From sequence record PP596835.1: a DNA stretch of 60,633 nt; one strand, given 5' to 3'. Of this stretch, positions 58,382 to 60,633 are shown piece by piece. The stretch is from Escherichia phage Dru_SM1. Both the position numbers and the translations under genes were made by a program. Within the stretch, counting starts at the first letter, position 1, and the number at the start of each line of letters is the position of its first letter. The notes under the pieces are model-generated. The model did no database searches. It saw nothing but the letters and a program-made list of their open reading frames with translations, and was not told the DNA's origin.

Positions 58382-58842
58382 CCACAATTGCGTTCGATGG
58401 AAAAGTATTAGCTGCGGACCGTGGAGTTATGCGCGGGGAAGCTGTGACTGCTTATAAGAAAGTTCATAGCGTGAATGGACATCGTGGACGTTTTTTACTG
58501 GGCTTGTGCGGCCTTACAGCATTTACCGATCAGGTGTTGCGTTATTTTAATAGCGCGGAACCTGTTAAGTTCCCTGATATTAAACTTTACAGCAAAGATG
58601 ATGATTACGGGCAAACTTGCGGTCTTGCTGTCACTCCGGAAGGCACTTGCCATTTTATTTATAACGATGGTACTTTGAGCGAACCCATGCTGGATGGATG
58701 GGGATCTGAGGGTAGCGGTTGTGTGTTTGCTGCTGGCGCGTTAGCTGCTGGTGCAAGTGCGAGCGAAGCTATTGAGTTGGCAATTAAACACACCACATGT
58801 GCATTCCTGGGAGTTGATACAATATCATTTGAGGGTTTTTAA
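58378..58842 (+). CDS. HslV/proteasome beta-subunit-like Ntn hydrolase
   Basis: 154-aa ORF; begins MTTI (Thr nucleophile directly after Met, as in HslV); GKVLAADRGVMRGEAV and GSEGSGCVFAAGALAAGASASEAIELA align by eye with HslV conserved blocks. Confidence 0.5.
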   Translation: MTTIAFDGKVLAADRGVMRGEAVTAYKKVHSVNGHRGRFLLGLCGLTAFTDQVLRYFNSAEPVKFPDIKLYSKDDDYGQTCGLAVTPEGTCHFIYNDGTLSEPMLDGWGSEGSGCVFAAGALAAGASASEAIELAIKHTTCAFLGVDTISFEGF

Positions 58843-59103
58843 ATGACTACATTCAGTCACCTGATCCCACCTGCTTATCATAGTAAGGTAGTTGACCACG
58901 GGACGCATGTTGTAATTGGTGGCGAAATCTTTATCACAGATAACGAGGAAATCGCCATTGCAATTATTGACAGCACTCAGCATGACTTTATGGTTATCCT
59001 GCAACACGAACCAGATAACTTCACTTTTTACTCCAGCTACGGGGTCGATAAAGGTGGAAAAAGTCTTGTTGCTTTCTACATTAACGACTGGTTTGACGGG
59101 TAA
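58843..59103 (+). CDS. hypothetical protein
   Basis: 86-aa ORF directly after the HslV-like gene. Confidence 0.4.
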   Translation: MTTFSHLIPPAYHSKVVDHGTHVVIGGEIFITDNEEIAIAIIDSTQHDFMVILQHEPDNFTFYSSYGVDKGGKSLVAFYINDWFDG

Positions 59104-59188
59104 TCTCCTTAGATCAATTCTCCTTGCGCCGTATCAGCCTTCTCTGCTACCCTTCATATGTTCATGTCAAGCGGAGGAGGCTTTAAGC

Positions 59189-59626
59189 ATGGCACTTCAA
59201 CCTCGTGGTATTCGTAATAACAATCCAGGCAATATTCGCTGGGGTGATAATTGGCAGGGCTTAGTTCCTGCTGATAAGCGAACCGATAAATCTTTTGCGC
59301 AATTCACGCAACCGATTTACGGCATTCGTGCACTAGCGAAAATCCTGACAAACTACACCAAACGTGAAGGCTTGCCCAATGTGGGTAAGAAAAACATCGA
59401 CACTGTACGTGAAATTATCGCTCGCTGGGCACCGCCTAACGAAAACGATACGGAAGCGTATATTCGCTCTGTTGCCAAAGCAATTGGTGTTCAACCTAAC
59501 GATCCAATTAATGTCTTCGACAAGGCAATTATGTCAGGATTGGTGAAAGCAATCATTCGTCATGAAAATGGCATGATGCCCTATACCGATGACGTAATTA
59601 ACCGCGCTATTGCAATGGTACTTTAA
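59189..59626 (+). CDS. putative endolysin (family not determined)
   Basis: ORF 58916-59626; likely start ATG 59189 (GGAGGAGG RBS); sits immediately upstream of holin and Rz/Rz1; no catalytic family assigned. Confidence 0.45.
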   Translation: MALQPRGIRNNNPGNIRWGDNWQGLVPADKRTDKSFAQFTQPIYGIRALAKILTNYTKREGLPNVGKKNIDTVREIIARWAPPNENDTEAYIRSVAKAIGVQPNDPINVFDKAIMSGLVKAIIRHENGMMPYTDDVINRAIAMVL

Positions 59627-59662
59627 CTGACGGGGCGTTAGCCCCTTTTATTTGGAGGGAAC

Positions 59663-60007
59663 ATGTTCAATTCACCCAACGAACATTGGGCAGTTCTAGC
59701 GGGGTTTGCGTTTATCTCCCTCATTGGGGGAGCTCTCGGTTATGTCATGCGTACAATAGACGCTGGTAAGAAAGTACGGGCAAGTATTGCGTTTCTTGAA
59801 GGCTTATCCGCCGCTTTCTTTGGCGTTATAATGTATGCGATCTACAGGGAGTTTAACATCAGCCTTTGGTTCGCTTTTGGCCTTGCTGGCCTATTTGCTT
59901 GGGCAGGTTCACGTGCTACGCTAAAAGCCCTAACGTCGCTTATAGCTTCACGGACAGGGATCAAACTCGATTCAGGGGACTGCAAACATGAAAACGATTC
60001 TAAATAA
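59663..60007 (+). CDS. putative holin
   Basis: 114-aa ORF with ~3 transmembrane segments and charged C-terminus, between endolysin and spanin genes. Confidence 0.5.
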   Translation: MFNSPNEHWAVLAGFAFISLIGGALGYVMRTIDAGKKVRASIAFLEGLSAAFFGVIMYAIYREFNISLWFAFGLAGLFAWAGSRATLKALTSLIASRTGIKLDSGDCKHENDSK

Positions 60008-60461
60008 CTTCTTCGGTTTTATAAAAACTAAACCGCGTCTGTTTATCGAGTATTTGATGATCGGCGCGGTTGTGTTTTTATGCGGGGTGGCTGCATACTT
60101 GTGGTCACAGAACGAGCTCAGCAAAACTAATTTAAATCATGCTGAGCAAAGACTAACCGTTGTAGAACGGGACAATGCAAAGCTGGGCGAAGCTGTTGTA
60201 TTTCTTGCATCCCAACGGGAGAAGGATACTGAATCCTATCGAAAATTGGCTTCAGCAATTGAAAGTGAGCAACATAACCACAGGTTGCTTCAGGACAAAT
60301 TAAAAGCACTGGAGAAAAGCAATGCCGACGTCAAAGCTTATCTTAATGAGCGTGTTCCTGATGATTTGCGCAGGCTGCTCGACGGAGATACAACCTCCAC
60401 CGCCGCAGATAGTGAAGATAAAACTTCCAGCTCATCTGTTGGTAGAATGTCGGGAAGTTGA
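59988..60461 (+). CDS. Rz: i-spanin (Rz-like)
   Basis: 157-aa ORF; N-terminal transmembrane anchor then charged coiled-coil-like region; Rz1-like gene embedded in +1 frame. Confidence 0.55.
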   Translation: MKTILNNFFGFIKTKPRLFIEYLMIGAVVFLCGVAAYLWSQNELSKTNLNHAEQRLTVVERDNAKLGEAVVFLASQREKDTESYRKLASAIESEQHNHRLLQDKLKALEKSNADVKAYLNERVPDDLRRLLDGDTTSTAADSEDKTSSSSVGRMSGS

Positions 60462-60624
60462 TAAATATCCTTTGGTTTATACGAGGGATATTATCCAACG
60501 TTTGCAGGATACAGAAACAGCTCTGACTGAATGTAAACTGAGGGTTAAGGAAATCATACGCTATGAAGCTGAAAATGTTTCGCTTGATTTTGTAGGATCA
60601 AGCAATTATATTCAGCCTAAATAG
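60322..60624 (+). CDS. Rz1: o-spanin (Rz1-like lipoprotein)
   Basis: 100-aa ORF inside the Rz gene in another frame; signal peptide with lipobox-like LMICAGC and proline run (QPPPPQ). Confidence 0.55.
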   Translation: MPTSKLILMSVFLMICAGCSTEIQPPPPQIVKIKLPAHLLVECREVDKYPLVYTRDIIQRLQDTETALTECKLRVKEIIRYEAENVSLDFVGSSNYIQPK

Positions 60625-60633
60625 CAATAAGAA

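Overview
This 60.6-kb window looks like a complete or near-complete genome of a tailed dsDNA phage with lambda-type morphogenesis genes. Layout: (i) 12-24474, rightward structural module (small and large terminase, portal, scaffold, major capsid, Ig-like protein, connector proteins, major tail protein, frameshifting tail assembly chaperone, tape measure, minor tail proteins, J-like tip protein, two tail fibers, then small accessory genes); (ii) 24505-50665, one long leftward block with family B DNA polymerase, a complete 7-deazaguanine DNA-modification module (dpdA with folE, queD, queC, queE), SF2 helicase, Cas4-like nuclease, SSB-like and Sak4-like recombination proteins, DNA ligase, RNase H, dUTPase, prim-pol primase and two HNH endonucleases; (iii) 50700-51290, an AT-rich non-coding control region with iteron-like repeats; (iv) 51457-60624, rightward small genes (another HNH endonuclease, a DUF2493-like protein, a C39-like cysteine peptidase, an HslV-like threonine peptidase) ending in an endolysin-holin-Rz/Rz1 lysis cassette. 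No integrase, tRNA or CRISPR array was recognised. The dpdA/que content recalls the 7-deazaguanine-modifying coliphages (9g/CAjan/Seurat type); that comparison is from memory, not a search. The most striking unexplained signal is the octamer TGTGGTTA, counted by eye about 42 times on both strands across the genome against about 2 expected. All functional calls rest on motifs read from the translations and on gene order; no database search was run. Gene starts are approximate where noted, and coordinates of short motifs may be off by 1-2 nt.
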